From Alphaproteobacteria bacterium (GTDB lineage Bacteria; Pseudomonadota; Alphaproteobacteria; UBA9219; RFNS01): DNA of 64,000 nucleotides. The DNA lies in contig JBASFQ010000008.1 of the NCBI GenBank assembly GCA_049653105.1, forward strand, positions 27,957 to 91,956, read 5' to 3'. Within the stretch, counting starts at the first letter, position 1, and each line of letters starts with the position of its first letter. Positions 32,057-42,764 of the stretch are shown one piece after another. The notes below the pieces were generated by a model, which saw only the letters and a program-made list of their open reading frames with translations, ran no database searches and was not told the DNA's origin. Position numbers and translations under genes: made by a program.

Positions 32057-33028
32057 ATGAGAATGGATATGGATCGCAATCTTGCCCTTGAAGTCGTTCG
32101 CGTCACCGAAGCCGCCGCTTTGGCCTGTTCTGCGCTGGTCGGGCGCGGCGACGAAAAGCAGGCAGATCAGTTGGCGGTCAATGCCATGCGGAAAACCCTG
32201 AACAGTCTGGATATCGACGGTTGTGTGGTCATCGGCGAAGGTGAACGCGACGAAGCGCCGATGCTTTATATTGGTGAGAAGGTTGGTACGGGCAAGGGGC
32301 CAAAGGTCGATATTGCTCTCGATCCCCTGGAAGGCACGACCATCGCCGCCACGGGTGGCCCGAACGCCATGGCGGTCGTGGCGATGGCGCAGGCGGGGGG
32401 GTTCCTGAATGCTCCCGACGTCTATATGGAAAAAATCGCCGTGGGGCCAGGGCTGCCGGAGGGCATCATCGATTTGACGGCGCCAGTCATCAATAACCTG
32501 CGGAACGTGGCGAAGGCCAAACAGGCGGAAATGTCTGATCTGCAAATTTGCATTCTTGACCGTCCGCGCCATGCCGAATTGATCGCCAAAGTACGCGAAG
32601 CCGGAGCACGAATCATGCTGATCGGCGACGGCGACGTGGCGGGGATTATCGCAACGGCGCAAACGGAAACCGGTATCGATATGTATATCGGCACGGGTGG
32701 TGCGCCCGAGGGGGTTCTGGCCGCTGCCGCATTGCAATGTATCGGCGGACAGATGCAGGGGCGCCTGGTATTCCGTAATGACGATGAAAAGACGCGCGCC
32801 AAGCGTGTCGGTATCACTGACCTGTCGCGTGTTTACCAACGGGACGACCTGGCCAAGGGCGATGTCATGTTCGCCGCCACCGGTGTCACGACCGGCCCGA
32901 TGCTGCATGGCGTGCGGCGTTTCCCGGGCGGCGCCGTGACGCATTCGATTGTCATGCGCGCCATGACCGGAACCGTGCGGACGGTCGAAGCCCGCCACAA
33001 TTTCCGTCGTAAGCCCTTTGTGGTATGA
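32057..33028 (+). CDS. glpX: class II fructose-1,6-bisphosphatase
   Basis: N-terminal LALEVVRVTEAAALA and DPLEGTT metal-binding motifs, consistent with GlpX. Confidence 0.85.
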   Translation: MRMDMDRNLALEVVRVTEAAALACSALVGRGDEKQADQLAVNAMRKTLNSLDIDGCVVIGEGERDEAPMLYIGEKVGTGKGPKVDIALDPLEGTTIAATGGPNAMAVVAMAQAGGFLNAPDVYMEKIAVGPGLPEGIIDLTAPVINNLRNVAKAKQAEMSDLQICILDRPRHAELIAKVREAGARIMLIGDGDVAGIIATAQTETGIDMYIGTGGAPEGVLAAAALQCIGGQMQGRLVFRNDDEKTRAKRVGITDLSRVYQRDDLAKGDVMFAATGVTTGPMLHGVRRFPGGAVTHSIVMRAMTGTVRTVEARHNFRRKPFVV

Positions 33029-34802
33029 TGGTGGTGTGAGTACCGCGCCACCCTTTCTGAATGTCACACGATCCGTCACTGGGCGTCGCTGGGAGACGCG
33101 TGCTTATGATGAACGCGTGGCCGAGGCCTTACGCCAACGTTTCGATGTGCCAGATGTTCTGGCGCGCGGCATGGCGGCGCGCGGTGTGACCCTGGATGCT
33201 GCCGCCGATTATCTCGACCCGAGTCTGCGCGCCCAACTGCCGAATCCGTCGCTGTTTAAGGACATGGACAAGGCGACGGCGCGTGTGGCGACCGCGATTC
33301 AATCCGGGGCAGCCATCACTGTTTTCGGCGATTATGACGTGGATGGCGGGACATCGTCGGCCTTGCTGTTGCGTTTTCTGCGCGCGTGCGGCTCCGCGCC
33401 AAGGCTCTATATTCCCGACCGGATACAGGAAGGCTATGGCCCAAATGCTGTGGCGATGGAGCGTATTGCGGCAACGGGAACGAAACTGCTGATCTGCGTT
33501 GATTGCGGTACGACCGCGCATGAGCCATTGCGTCGTGCGCACGCGCTGGACATGGACGTCATTGTCCTCGACCACCATGCGGCGGAACCGGAACTGCCAC
33601 CGGTCTATGCGCTGATCAACGCCAATCGTCTGGATGAAAATATTCCGTATCGGCAGCTTTGCGCCGCAGGTGTCACATTTTTATTCATTGTCGCGGTCAA
33701 TCGCGCGTTACGCGCTGCGGGGTTCTTTACGGCGGCAAGGCCGGAACCGGATTTGCGGCAATGGCTTGATCTGGTTGCTCTGGGGACAGTCGCCGACGTC
33801 GTGCCGCTGACGGGGCTGAACCGCGCTTTTGTGACGCAGGGGTTGCGGGTGATGGCGCACATGGGGAATGCGGGTCTTGCCGCACTCATGCGCGTGGGAC
33901 GTGCCGGCATGCCGCCGGATACCTTCACGGCCGGGTTTGTGCTTGGGCCGCGTGTCAATGCCGGGGGACGGGTCGGCCAGTCGGATCTTGGGGCGCGTCT
34001 GCTTTCCTGCGACGACCCGCAAGAAGCCGAGGCGCTTGCCATCCAGCTTGACGCCCTGAATGCCAGCCGAAAGGATATTGAAGCCGAAGTTCTGGCTGCC
34101 GCCGAATATCAGGCGTTACAGCAGGATGGGTCGGCTCTCTTGCTTGTCGCGGGCGAGGGATGGCATCCTGGGGTGATCGGTATCGTTGCGGCGCGGTTGA
34201 AGGAACGTTATCACCGACCAACAATCGTCGTGGCGCTTGACGGTGATGTTGGCAAGGGGTCGGGTCGCTCGGTGCGTGGGCTTGATCTTGGAGCCATGGT
34301 CATCGCCGCGCGGCAGGCCGGCTTGCTTATTAATGGCGGCGGCCATGCGATGGCGGCTGGGCTGACTGTGGCACGAGAGCAGGTGGAACACCTGCGCGAT
34401 TTTCTGAACCAAAGGACGGCGCGATTTCTTGAAGAAACGCCGCTGACGCCGACATTGGTGCTGGACGGAATGTTAGCCGGCATCGGCATGACGCCGGAAT
34501 TTGTGGCCGGTCTTAATCGGCTAAAACCGTTCGGAACCGGAAATCCAGAACCACGCTTTGTGGTGCCTTCGTGTCGTATCGTCCGGGCTGATGTCGTTGG
34601 GGAAAAACATGTGCGCGTGATAATCGACAGCGCCGGAACGCGTGTCATCGGCATAGCTTTTCGCGCGATGGATAACCCTCTGGGCAAGGAGCTTCTTAAG
34701 CCGGAAGGGCGGAATTTTCATCTGGCCGGCTATATCCGTCCCGACAACTGGAACGGACGCAACGGTGTGCAATTGCAGATTGAAGATGCGGCCGCAGCCT
34801 GA
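33018..34802 (+). CDS. recJ: single-stranded-DNA-specific exonuclease RecJ
   Basis: DHH motifs (VFGDYDVDGGTS; DHH) and a DHHA1 domain. 594 aa. Confidence 0.85.
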   Translation: MWYDGGVSTAPPFLNVTRSVTGRRWETRAYDERVAEALRQRFDVPDVLARGMAARGVTLDAAADYLDPSLRAQLPNPSLFKDMDKATARVATAIQSGAAITVFGDYDVDGGTSSALLLRFLRACGSAPRLYIPDRIQEGYGPNAVAMERIAATGTKLLICVDCGTTAHEPLRRAHALDMDVIVLDHHAAEPELPPVYALINANRLDENIPYRQLCAAGVTFLFIVAVNRALRAAGFFTAARPEPDLRQWLDLVALGTVADVVPLTGLNRAFVTQGLRVMAHMGNAGLAALMRVGRAGMPPDTFTAGFVLGPRVNAGGRVGQSDLGARLLSCDDPQEAEALAIQLDALNASRKDIEAEVLAAAEYQALQQDGSALLLVAGEGWHPGVIGIVAARLKERYHRPTIVVALDGDVGKGSGRSVRGLDLGAMVIAARQAGLLINGGGHAMAAGLTVAREQVEHLRDFLNQRTARFLEETPLTPTLVLDGMLAGIGMTPEFVAGLNRLKPFGTGNPEPRFVVPSCRIVRADVVGEKHVRVIIDSAGTRVIGIAFRAMDNPLGKELLKPEGRNFHLAGYIRPDNWNGRNGVQLQIEDAAAA

Positions 34803-34848
34803 ATAAATCACAGACGGCTTTGAACTATTCAGATGGTCTCAGAGCAAG

Positions 34849-35016
34849 CTACTTAATTTTGCCTTCCTTGAACTTCACATGCTTGCGAAGCTTGGGGTCA
34901 TACTTGCTCAGCTCAAGTTTCTTGGTGTTGTTCCGGGGGTTTTTCTTTGTGACGTAAAACGTGCCCGTACCGGCTTCGCTCAACATCTTGATTGCGGTTT
35001 TTGCCTTTGCCATTTT
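34849..35016 (-). CDS. rpmG: 50S ribosomal protein L33
   Basis: [54 protein letters not shown]. Start at the internal Met. Confidence 0.8.
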   Translation of the reverse strand, partial: KMAKAKTAIKMLSEAGTGTFYVTKKNPRNNTKKLELSKYDPKLRKHVKFKEGKIK

Positions 35017-35189
35017 CTGCCATCCTAAAAATATCGATCTGAAGGCCGCAACATCTTGAAAAAGCACCTTAATGTCAAGCGTTTGTTCGGGGATATTCCC
35101 TGATCTGACCTGATAAAGGGGCGTTTGCCATCGGAAGTTAAAACCGCTAAGTATTGGGGGAAATTCACTTTCTTACCTCACAGGACGTC

Positions 35190-36974
35190 ATGAAAACGCT
35201 ATTACGCATCTTTGTCGGCGTGTTTGCTGTCGTTGGTTTGTTGACGATTTCCGGCATTGGACTTGGTATCTGGGCGGTTAAAAGCCAGGTCACAGCCGCC
35301 CAACCAAAGACGCCGGAAAAGATCGTTCTGGTGATTGATTTTAGCCAGCCTTTGACGGAGCGAACCGAGTTTGTGCCCACATCGCTGCATGCGCTGATTG
35401 ATACCATGACCAGCGAAGGCCAGCTCTCTCTGCATGACGTTGTTTACGCTCTGGAACATGGCAGCAGCGACCCGCATGTTCTGGGCGTCGTGGGGCTGTT
35501 TGGCGAGAATATGCCCCAACTGGCACACAGCGAAGAAATACGTACCGCGTTAAAAAAATTCCGGGCAGCTGGGAAGTTCTCTTATGCGTTTTCAACCGGT
35601 TATGGCGGCTATGGGCCGGGAAATCGCGCTTATTATCTGGCTTCGGCCTTTGAAAAAGTCTGGTTGCAACCAATTGGACAACTTGGTCTGGCAGGATTGC
35701 GTCTCGAGCAGCCTTTTGCGCGCGCTGCATTAGAAAAGGTTGGTGTCAAGGCACAGTTTATGCAGCGCGAAGAATATAAAAGCGCCATGAGTCTCGTCAC
35801 CGACGATATGATGAGCGTTCCGATGCGTGAAATGATGCAGAGCATCCTTGACGCCACGAATGCGCAACTGGCCGAAGGTATAGCCGCCGGGCGCAATTTG
35901 CCGGTTGATGGTGTCCGCGAACTTATCGCGAAAGGGCCTTATACGGCGCAGGAGGCTCTCGATAAGAAACTCATCGATAAGATCGGCTATATTGATGAAA
36001 TCGAAAAGATATTGAACGACAGTTTCGGCAAGGAAACTGCCAAAATGCGCCCCGATATCTATGCCGCGCTGCCACCATCAAAAGCGCCGCAAGAGATGAA
36101 GGCGACAGTTGCCATGGTTTTTGCGACCGGGGAAATCAAGGAAACGACGTCACAAGGTGGGGCGATCCCCGGCAGCGATGCCATGGATTCACGCGAAGTC
36201 GCCACCGCGCTCTTTAAGGCTTCCGAAGACAAGGAAGTTCAGATGATTATCCTGCGCGTCGATAGTCCCGGCGGGTCGCCGACGGCTTCGGAAACAATAC
36301 GCCGCGCTGTCGTGAACGCGCAGGCCAAGGGCAAGAAAGTCATTGTCTCGATGGGAACTATGGCTGGATCTGGCGGCTATTGGATCGCGATGAACGGCGA
36401 CCGCATTTTTGCTGATGCCGCGACACTGACGGGATCAATCGGCGTTCTGGGGGGTAAGCTCGTGCTGGCGGGATTGTTCGAAAAGCTCGGCGTGAATTGG
36501 GAAGTTCTGGGGGACGGTGTTTATCCCGGTATGTGGTCGTTCCTGCGTGACAATACGCCGGAGGAACAGGCGCGCGCCGATGCCCTGATCGACGATACCT
36601 ATAATGCGTTCCGTACCAATGTCTCCGCCGCACGCAAAATTCCCATGGATAAAATCGGCACGGTCAGTAAAGGGCGTATTTTCACCGGCAGTCAGGCTTT
36701 GAAGATCGGTCTGGTCGATGAGATCGGAGGGATGCGCGCTGCATTGGATTATGCCGCCAGGAATCTTGGCGCTGCTTCAACCGAGCAGCTCCGCATTAAA
36801 CCGTTCCCCGAACCGGAAACTATGGAGGATATGGTGCGTTCTATGATGAAGCAGCTCATGCGCCCGGGCATGGATATTCCCGACATAAGCATTGTCATGA
36901 CCCAGATCGGACGTTGGCTTGCCGCGACGCAGGCTGCACCGCAGGTCAGGATGCCCGGCTTGCAGATTCAATAA
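35190..36974 (+). CDS. sppA: signal peptide peptidase SppA (protease IV, 67K type)
   Basis: N-terminal TM helix and two ClpP/crotonase-fold halves (catalytic Ser region GTMAGSGGYWIA and Lys region). Confidence 0.8.
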   Translation: MKTLLRIFVGVFAVVGLLTISGIGLGIWAVKSQVTAAQPKTPEKIVLVIDFSQPLTERTEFVPTSLHALIDTMTSEGQLSLHDVVYALEHGSSDPHVLGVVGLFGENMPQLAHSEEIRTALKKFRAAGKFSYAFSTGYGGYGPGNRAYYLASAFEKVWLQPIGQLGLAGLRLEQPFARAALEKVGVKAQFMQREEYKSAMSLVTDDMMSVPMREMMQSILDATNAQLAEGIAAGRNLPVDGVRELIAKGPYTAQEALDKKLIDKIGYIDEIEKILNDSFGKETAKMRPDIYAALPPSKAPQEMKATVAMVFATGEIKETTSQGGAIPGSDAMDSREVATALFKASEDKEVQMIILRVDSPGGSPTASETIRRAVVNAQAKGKKVIVSMGTMAGSGGYWIAMNGDRIFADAATLTGSIGVLGGKLVLAGLFEKLGVNWEVLGDGVYPGMWSFLRDNTPEEQARADALIDDTYNAFRTNVSAARKIPMDKIGTVSKGRIFTGSQALKIGLVDEIGGMRAALDYAARNLGAASTEQLRIKPFPEPETMEDMVRSMMKQLMRPGMDIPDISIVMTQIGRWLAATQAAPQVRMPGLQIQ

Positions 36975-37555
36975 GTTGGGGGCGATGGCGGGTTATCTTC
37001 TTCGGCCAGATGATCAAGATTGGCGCGGAGGTAGTCCCAGCCGGTGATAATGGTCAGCGCCCCGGCAACCCACAGGCAGATCGTGCCGATCAGCAGGGAT
37101 TGAATGGCCTCGGGTCCGTAATTACCAATAATCAGGAATGATAAGGCAAGAAACTGTGATGCGGTTTTCCATTTTGCCAGCTTGCTGACCGGGACGCTGA
37201 TTTTCACTTCGGCCAGAAATTCGCGCAATCCTGACACCGCGACCTCGCGCAACAAGATGACGATGGCGGGCAGGATCGTCAAACCGGCAATGGCGCGCGT
37301 ATTGACCAGAACGAGAATGACGGCGGCAACCAGAAGCTTGTCGGCAATCACATCCATGACACGCCCGAAACTCGAGACCTGAGCGCGTTTGCGTGCCAGA
37401 TAACCGTCGAGCCAGTCGGTCACTGCGGCGGCGACGAACAAAACCAGCGCGACCCATGCCGCCCAATGCGTTGATATGAGAATAAGTGCCAGGATGACCG
37501 GAATAACGGCCATACGCGCGAGGGTGAGCTGATTGGGCAGATTATCACGGATCAT
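36968..37555 (-). CDS. pgsA: CDP-diacylglycerol--glycerol-3-phosphate 3-phosphatidyltransferase
   Basis: CDP-alcohol phosphatidyltransferase motif (DGYLAR...G...D...D) with an N-terminal LPNQLTLARM. Start at MIRDNLPN. Confidence 0.75.
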   Translation of the reverse strand: MIRDNLPNQLTLARMAVIPVILALILISTHWAAWVALVLFVAAAVTDWLDGYLARKRAQVSSFGRVMDVIADKLLVAAVILVLVNTRAIAGLTILPAIVILLREVAVSGLREFLAEVKISVPVSKLAKWKTASQFLALSFLIIGNYGPEAIQSLLIGTICLWVAGALTIITGWDYLRANLDHLAEEDNPPSPPTY

Positions 37556-37722
37556 GGACTCACTATAACCCAGAACACCCCATCCGGGGAAATGGCAATT
37601 CACTTCCGGATGTAAGGGGGAAAACCCCAACGATCACAAGTTGTTGCTGTACGGTTTCGCTGCGAAATATCACGGTTGTCATGATTCCTGTCTATCGTGG
37701 GAGGTAGTATTCTGACGATGTT

Positions 37723-40700
37723 TTACGTTCCAGCGACAGATAACAGGCTGGCATTTCCACCCGCAGCGGTTGTGTTGATGGTAAGCGTCCGTTCCACTGC
37801 AAAACGTGGCAGATAATGCGGCCCCCCCGCTTTAGGCCCTGTGCCGGACAGACCTTCCCCGCCGAACGGTTGTGTGCCGACCACCGCGCCGATCATGCTG
37901 CGGTTGATGTAAAGATTACCGACCTGCAATTCGTTTGCCACCCGGTCGGTCATTGTGTTTATGCGGCTATGTACGCCGCCTGTCAGACCAAACCCAGTCG
38001 CGTTGATAGCGGTAATGAGCTGCGACAGCTCCTCCGGCGCATAACGCGCGACATGGAGAATTGGCCCAAAGACTTCTCCTGTCAGGAAGTTCAGATGTGG
38101 GATTTCCCAAATTTGCGGGCTGAAGAATGTGCCTTCGGCGCAGTGTGCGGGCAGGGGTAACGTATAAACCTCTCTGGCTCCGGCACGCAGCCGCACGACA
38201 TGATCTTGCAATCGGGCTAAAGCAGCCGCGTCGATCACCGGGCCGATATCGGTACGAAGCTGGCCAGGATCACCGGGCATCATTTCGCGCAGTGCTGCCG
38301 CAAGAGACTTCAAGGTCTGATCCGCGGTTGCGTGCGGCAGGCACAAGACGCGTAACGCCGAGCATCTTTGTCCCGCAGAACGGAAAGCGCTGGTCAGAAC
38401 GTCATCGATAATTTGTTCAGGCAAAGCGGAACTGTCGGCAATCATGGCGTTCTGGCCACCGGTTTCAGCGATCAGCGGCACAATCGATCCGTCTTTGGCC
38501 GCCAGCATCCTGTTGATCCGCCGCGCTGTGGCGATTGATCCGGTAAAGACAACCCCGGCAACGCGCGGGTGTTCTACAAGCGCGCTGCCGACATCCGTAC
38601 CCCCGGGAAGGAACTGTAGCGCATGAACCGGAATCCCTGCTTCGTGCGCCAGAGTGACGGCATAGGCCGCGACAAGAGGGGTTTGCGGAGCGGGCTTGGC
38701 GATGACGCTGTTTCCCATAGCCAGCGCGGCCACAATCTGCCCCAGAAAGATTGCCAGCGGAAAATTCCAGGGGCTGATACAGACAAAGATTCCGCGTCCG
38801 TGGAGCGTAAGTGTGTTTAATTCTCCCGTCGGCCCGGGCAGTGTCACCGGCGCACAATCGTGCCGGGCGCGGGCGGCGTAATAGCGGCAGAAATCCACGG
38901 CTTCGCGCACTTCGGATAAGGAGTCAGGAATGGTCTTGCCGCCTTCGCGCACCAACAGTGCCATAAGTCTGGCACTGTTCTTTTCTAACAGATCAGCAAA
39001 TTTTTCCAGAATAACAGCGCGCGCTTCGACCGATTGACGGCTCCAATCCACATAGCCCTTTTCTGCCCCGATGAACGCCTTGGCAATCTGCGCGGATGTG
39101 GCGGCATAACATTTACCTGCGTGCCGCGCCGTGTGTCCGGGATCGTCAACGGCTGCACCGATGCCTTGCGGGGAGACAACGCCATCAATAACCGGGGCTG
39201 CCACCCATTCTTTTGCCCATGCACTTTGCATGTCGGCGAGGAGCGGCCCGGTCACATCAGGGTCAGTCAGATCAAGACCGGAAGAATTGAGGCGCTCCGG
39301 CCGATAAATGTTGTGAGGCAAAGTAACGGATGGATGCCGTTTTTCTGTCAAACTCTTGAGCTTGGCCACCGGATCAGCGATCAAATCTTGTACTGGAACA
39401 CGCGGATCGCTTAATTGATTGACGAACGAGCTGTTGGCTCCGTTCTCCAGCAGGCGCCGCACCAGATAACTTAAGAGAACTTCATGATTGCCAACAGGCG
39501 CATAGACACAGGTGCGAAGCCCTTCGGCGTTCAGGCGGGCAAAAAGTTCCTCGCCCATACCCTGCAACCGCTGGAATTCCAGTGCTCCCGGATCGGGCGC
39601 GATGGCCAGAATGCTTGCGATGGTCAGCGCATTATGTGAACCGAAAACCGGTGTCAACCACCGCTGCTGCGCCAGCAAGCGGCGCGCGCAGGCCAGATAA
39701 GAAACGTCAGTGGTGATTTTGCGGGTGAAAACCGGAAAATCGTTCCAGCCGCGCTCTTGCGCGCGTTTGATTTCCGTATCCCAATAAGCGCCTTTGATGA
39801 GGCGGACAGTTAGCGGACGACCATGTTTTTCCGCCAGCCATGCCACGCTGTCGATGACGGCCGGCGCGCGCTTGGAATAAGCTTGTACGGCAAGACCCAG
39901 CCCGCGCCAGTCCCCCAATTTTCCGTTCAGAAGAACTTTTTCTATAACTCCAAGCGACAGCAGAAGACGGTCGGCTTCCTCTGCATCGATGACCAGAAAG
40001 ATGTTCTCTGCCGCAGCTGCTTCGACCAGAGCGATCAGGCGCGGCACCATTTCAACATAAACACGTCGCGCTTGTGTGGCTTCGTAACGTGGATGCAGGG
40101 CAGATAATTTGATCGAAACGCCGGAGGGAGCATTGGCAGGGGTGGCACGATTGGCCGCGCCGGTATTCTTGATCGCACGCAAATATTCTTGGGTATAGTG
40201 TTCGGCATCTTCGGCCGTGCGCGCGGCTTCGCCCAGCATGTCATAGGAAAATCGCGCCTGGGCGTTGCCAAGCTTTGCGGCGCGCGCCAGCGCTGCATCG
40301 ATGCTGGTTCCCAGAACAAACTGGTCGCCAAGCCAGCGCATCCCCTGCCGGATGGCTTCGCGGATCGGGGCTTGGCTCAATTTGGTGCTCAGCAGGCCAA
40401 GCATGGCGCGTGCGCTGCCCAATTGCGGATCATCCGCTCCGGCCAATTGTCCGGTCAGGTTCAGAGTCCAGCCGGCGGCACGCAGGAACCACGGTGTATC
40501 TGCCCCGAGCCTGGCCTCGAAATCCACACCGTTAAGTTTATCGCGGATCAGAGCATCGGCCGTGGTCGTATCCGGGATGCGCAAGAGCGCTTCGGCCAGA
40601 CACATCAGGGCGACACCCTCACGGCTGTTTAACCCGAAGTGGGACAGCATTTCCGCAATGCCCGGAAGCGGCTTTTTCTGGCCGCGAATATGGGTAATCC

Positions 40701-40851
40701 AGTTCTGGGCGCGTTTTTGCGCCAGACTCATTTGCTCGGGCGACAGGGCGGCGGCATGCAGCAGACCGGCGACGAGGTCTTGCTCGTCAGCGCGGTAGAG
40801 TAGCGATAAATTGCGGCGCAGTTCGACAGGTAAAGCAGGAGCGTAATCCAT
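37723..40851 (-). CDS. putA: bifunctional proline dehydrogenase / L-glutamate-gamma-semialdehyde dehydrogenase PutA
   Basis: 1042 aa with a PRODH domain and an ALDH domain (catalytic Cys in GQRCSAL). Confidence 0.9.
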   Translation of the reverse strand: MDYAPALPVELRRNLSLLYRADEQDLVAGLLHAAALSPEQMSLAQKRAQNWITHIRGQKKPLPGIAEMLSHFGLNSREGVALMCLAEALLRIPDTTTADALIRDKLNGVDFEARLGADTPWFLRAAGWTLNLTGQLAGADDPQLGSARAMLGLLSTKLSQAPIREAIRQGMRWLGDQFVLGTSIDAALARAAKLGNAQARFSYDMLGEAARTAEDAEHYTQEYLRAIKNTGAANRATPANAPSGVSIKLSALHPRYEATQARRVYVEMVPRLIALVEAAAAENIFLVIDAEEADRLLLSLGVIEKVLLNGKLGDWRGLGLAVQAYSKRAPAVIDSVAWLAEKHGRPLTVRLIKGAYWDTEIKRAQERGWNDFPVFTRKITTDVSYLACARRLLAQQRWLTPVFGSHNALTIASILAIAPDPGALEFQRLQGMGEELFARLNAEGLRTCVYAPVGNHEVLLSYLVRRLLENGANSSFVNQLSDPRVPVQDLIADPVAKLKSLTEKRHPSVTLPHNIYRPERLNSSGLDLTDPDVTGPLLADMQSAWAKEWVAAPVIDGVVSPQGIGAAVDDPGHTARHAGKCYAATSAQIAKAFIGAEKGYVDWSRQSVEARAVILEKFADLLEKNSARLMALLVREGGKTIPDSLSEVREAVDFCRYYAARARHDCAPVTLPGPTGELNTLTLHGRGIFVCISPWNFPLAIFLGQIVAALAMGNSVIAKPAPQTPLVAAYAVTLAHEAGIPVHALQFLPGGTDVGSALVEHPRVAGVVFTGSIATARRINRMLAAKDGSIVPLIAETGGQNAMIADSSALPEQIIDDVLTSAFRSAGQRCSALRVLCLPHATADQTLKSLAAALREMMPGDPGQLRTDIGPVIDAAALARLQDHVVRLRAGAREVYTLPLPAHCAEGTFFSPQIWEIPHLNFLTGEVFGPILHVARYAPEELSQLITAINATGFGLTGGVHSRINTMTDRVANELQVGNLYINRSMIGAVVGTQPFGGEGLSGTGPKAGGPHYLPRFAVERTLTINTTAAGGNASLLSVAGT

Positions 40852-41062
40852 GGCCTAAGTCTAAAGCCTGAAAGCGATTCTGGCCAAGCCCATTATAAGA
40901 TTGGCAGCGAAGGAACATGAGATTGAAATACACATCCTGTGCTTATTCCTCGATAGGATGTCAAAGCGCCAAGATTTTTGCGATTGAATTATTTAACACT
41001 TCTTGTTTGCAGACCGAATAATCATCATTGACGTTCTTTATGGCTAGCCTCGCGTAAGCCGT

Positions 41063-41626
41063 CTAGATATCATACTGATGCACCGAAAACGGTGGTGTAT
41101 CTAGCGTAATATAATCGGCAACATTGAGTTGTTTTATCACGATATGGGCTGCTCTGATTGTGCCTCCGTGGCAAAACACAACAATGTTACGTTTGCTTTT
41201 TCTTTCCGCAGATTCTCTAACCTCTTGTATGGATTTGGAAACCCTGGATATTAGGCTTATTATTCCTTCACCGTTAGGTGGTTGGGGTGAAAAGACCTTG
41301 CCCTGCACAAATTGCACATGTGCCAGAACATCTTCGTGCGCTTTACCGGTGAGGTCACCAAAATCTTGCTCCCTAAATCCTCCGTGTGTGCATATAGAGA
41401 AGGGTATTGCCCGTGATGTACTTAAGTGTTGCAAAACAGCCTCGCCTGTTTTTCTGGCTCTATCAACGCCAGACGAGTACCAATCTGCAATATCTGGGGC
41501 GGGCAAGGCGGCAGAAAGCGAAAGGATAGTCACCTCTTGTCCAGTTAAATTGACCTCAGCTTCGTCACCATAGATAAACCCAGTCTTGCCTAAAACGGGA
41601 GCATGCCTGATAAGATAAAGTTTCAT
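41063..41626 (-). CDS. histidine phosphatase family protein (phosphoglycerate-mutase-like branch)
   Basis: LIRHA catalytic motif at the N-terminus and a second His (CHGGTIRA). The gene is clearly AT-richer than its surroundings. Confidence 0.65.
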   Translation of the reverse strand: MKLYLIRHAPVLGKTGFIYGDEAEVNLTGQEVTILSLSAALPAPDIADWYSSGVDRARKTGEAVLQHLSTSRAIPFSICTHGGFREQDFGDLTGKAHEDVLAHVQFVQGKVFSPQPPNGEGIISLISRVSKSIQEVRESAERKSKRNIVVFCHGGTIRAAHIVIKQLNVADYITLDTPPFSVHQYDI

Positions 41627-41739
41627 TGTAAAGTTCTCATGGTGGAATGCTATTTTACTATGGACAACATAACAGCGACAGCCACCTTCTCCAATGGGAT
41701 GTAGGGGGAGATGGATACGCGGTTGTTTGCGACTAAGGG

Positions 41740-42468
41740 GTGGTTATGGTGCATGTTGGTATAATCGAAACCGGGCAGCCGCATGAACATCTTGCGGCAC
41801 AGTACGGGTATTTTCCTGATATGTTCAGGAACTATTTTTCAAAATTTCCGGGGATGACCTTTTCAACATATCAGGTTTTTAACGGCGTCCCTGTGCCCGA
41901 TCCCGATAGTTGCGATGCCTGGATTATTACCGGTTCACCGCATGCAGTCTATGAATCGCACGCATGGTTGCCGCCGATGATGAGCATGATCCGCACGGCT
42001 CTTGATCGTGACAGCCGCATGCTAGGCATTTGCTTCGGGCATCAACTGATGGCGCATGCCTGTGGTGGTCTGGTCAAAAAATCGGAACGGGGATGGGGTA
42101 TTGGTGTTCATGAGTATGCCGTAACACAAGCCGGACAGAACGTCATCGCTCTAGGAGAAAAATTGAATCTTCTCGCGTCGCATCAGGATCAGGTGGAGGT
42201 TATGCCCGAACGCGGAACGCTGTTGGCGCAATCGGCTTTCTGTCCCCATGCGGCCATTGCCTATGGCAAGTCGGGACTGTCGTTCCAGGGACACCCGGAA
42301 TTTACGGACATATTCGCGCGCGAATCCATAAGTTTTCGCCGTCGCGAAGGCATGATTCCCGAACAGATTGCGGATGCGGGGTTGATGACCTTGGACGGCA
42401 GAATGGTTGATGCGGATCAGTTAGCCCCGGTTCTGGCGCGTTTTCTTATGCGCCAAGAGGCGCGTTGA
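41740..42468 (+). CDS. class I (type 1) glutamine amidotransferase-like protein
   Basis: Cys-His-Glu triad context (GICFGHQLM...HPEF). Confidence 0.7.
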   Translation: MVMVHVGIIETGQPHEHLAAQYGYFPDMFRNYFSKFPGMTFSTYQVFNGVPVPDPDSCDAWIITGSPHAVYESHAWLPPMMSMIRTALDRDSRMLGICFGHQLMAHACGGLVKKSERGWGIGVHEYAVTQAGQNVIALGEKLNLLASHQDQVEVMPERGTLLAQSAFCPHAAIAYGKSGLSFQGHPEFTDIFARESISFRRREGMIPEQIADAGLMTLDGRMVDADQLAPVLARFLMRQEAR

Positions 42469-42471
42469 GTA

Positions 42472-42663
42472 TTAGCGGGACAGACGCAGATAGGTGATGA
42501 CATCACGCCAGATATGCACGCACTCGGTATCGCCCATTTTTTCGGCAGCGCGTGCCTGTCCGGCGGCGTGAGTCAAGGCCAGGTTGCCGTAGCGCCCGAC
42601 CAGTAATCCGGCCAAAGCCCAGTGCGAAGGCAGCATTTGTGCCATATCATTATAATTCGTCAT
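42472..42663 (-). CDS. hypothetical small protein (63 aa)
   Basis: Only supported by being an intact ORF in a gap between convergent genes. Confidence 0.25.
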   Translation of the reverse strand: MTNYNDMAQMLPSHWALAGLLVGRYGNLALTHAAGQARAAEKMGDTECVHIWRDVITYLRLSR

Positions 42664-42764
42664 TATCGCCTCGTTTATACTTTCTCAACAATGCACGCGG
42701 TTTACGGCGTCAATATGATGATGCCATGGCAAGATTTAGAATTCAGTTAAAGGCGACCGATCTT

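Noticed and set aside
40265-40798. 177-aa + strand ORF antisense within putA
   Set aside because: Antisense to PutA. Ala/Arg/Ser-rich composition artefact.
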